This document shows positions 19,422-20,000 of a DNA stretch of 20,000 bases, piece after piece. Every line of letters starts with the position of its first letter. The stretch's first letter is position 1. Source of the stretch: an uncultured virus (IMG/VR IMGVR_UViG_2706794926_000001) (taxonomy: Duplodnaviria > Heunggongvirae > Uroviricota > Caudoviricetes); the IMG/VR virus record IMGVR_UViG_2706794926_000001, one strand, 5' to 3'. The position numbers and the translations under genes are program-made. The notes beneath the pieces were generated by a model. It was not told where the DNA came from. It saw only the letters and a list, made by a program, of their open reading frames with translations, and searched no databases.

Positions 19422-20000
19422 CTTTCATATCCCCCCTTATCAAAATAGCCATAATCACTAAACCCTTTGATATTAGAATCATATGTAGCTGGGATAAATC
19501 CAAAGGTATCTACCTTATATTCATCACTATTTTGTATCCAGCATGCTTCATTATACATAAAATCGTCCCACATAATGCTGCCGTTATTCTTAATATTTTT
19601 TACATACTTTAGCATTAAATCTTTGGGCATTCCATTAGCATTATAGGTCTCATTGCTAAATTTATTATTACTATGATCTATTAATGCCTTTATTTCAAGT
19701 CCGCTTATATAACTGACATCAACATATGTTTCATTAGTTCCAAGAGCTTTAATCACTAAATATCCTTCTGGTGTATAAAGTATTTCTTCTTCCTTAACAA
19801 TTTCATTTTTCACTTTAATTAAATTAGCTATAACCATAGAATCTTTAATTACAAAATCTTCATTTGTATCTTTCCATATTTTATGCTTTCTCATACCAAG
19901 CTCCCTTGATATACCATTAGCTAATCCTTTTTTACTTGAATTTGCAGGATTTTTAAAGACATCTAATATTCTATTTTTATATTCTTCATTTTTTTCTCCA
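19415..20000 (-). CDS. 3' part of a baseplate-wedge-like protein, open to the window edge
   Basis: The frame of the 159 aa ORF stays open from 19894 to 19999: GEKNEEYKNRILDVFKNPANSSKKGLANGISRELG-MRKH. The GE.[ND]..Y+.RI motif resembles baseplate wedge (P2 gpI-like) proteins, so the track's start at 19894 is probably internal. Confidence 0.75.
   Translation of the reverse strand, partial: GEKNEEYKNRILDVFKNPANSSKKGLANGISRELGMRKHKIWKDTNEDFVIKDSMVIANLIKVKNEIVKEEEILYTPEGYLVIKALGTNETYVDVSYISGLEIKALIDHSNNKFSNETYNANGMPKDLMLKYVKNIKNNGSIMWDDFMYNEACWIQNSDEYKVDTFGFIPATYDSNIKGFSDYGYFDKGGYERW

Overview
AT-rich, Clostridium/Firmicutes-like DNA (AGGAGG/GGTGA RBSs, standard code) carrying one minus-strand, tightly coupled operon-like run of about 15 genes. 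They look like the baseplate and fibre/adhesin region of a large phage, prophage or phage-tail-derived machine. No capsid, terminase, sheath, integrase or lysis gene is visible, so the type of particle cannot be settled from this window. In transcription order: a partial baseplate-wedge-like gene (runs off the right edge); two very large structural proteins with Ig-like/FN3-like domains (1339 aa, 1252 aa); 475, 151 and 283 aa structural hypotheticals; then a duplicated cassette [coiled-coil adaptor X + headless scaffold Y + ALK/LTK-type glycine-rich proteins G], with a ~605 aa tail fibre between the two copies. Notable points: (i) all five complete Y/G reading frames end in a shared C-terminal domain and a [DE][ST][LI]xxF-COOH motif, suggesting a plug-in adhesin display system; (ii) the 464 aa G gene is bracketed by a 33/34-bp direct repeat of the tail-fibre RBS and first codons, and the upstream copy makes a 24-aa mini-ORF coupled by TAATG; (iii) one G paralogue has two apparent in-frame deletions and a homopolymer frameshift; (iv) diverged paralogues share short, near-exact DNA identity blocks. 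All functional calls come from motif recognition by eye, not database searches.
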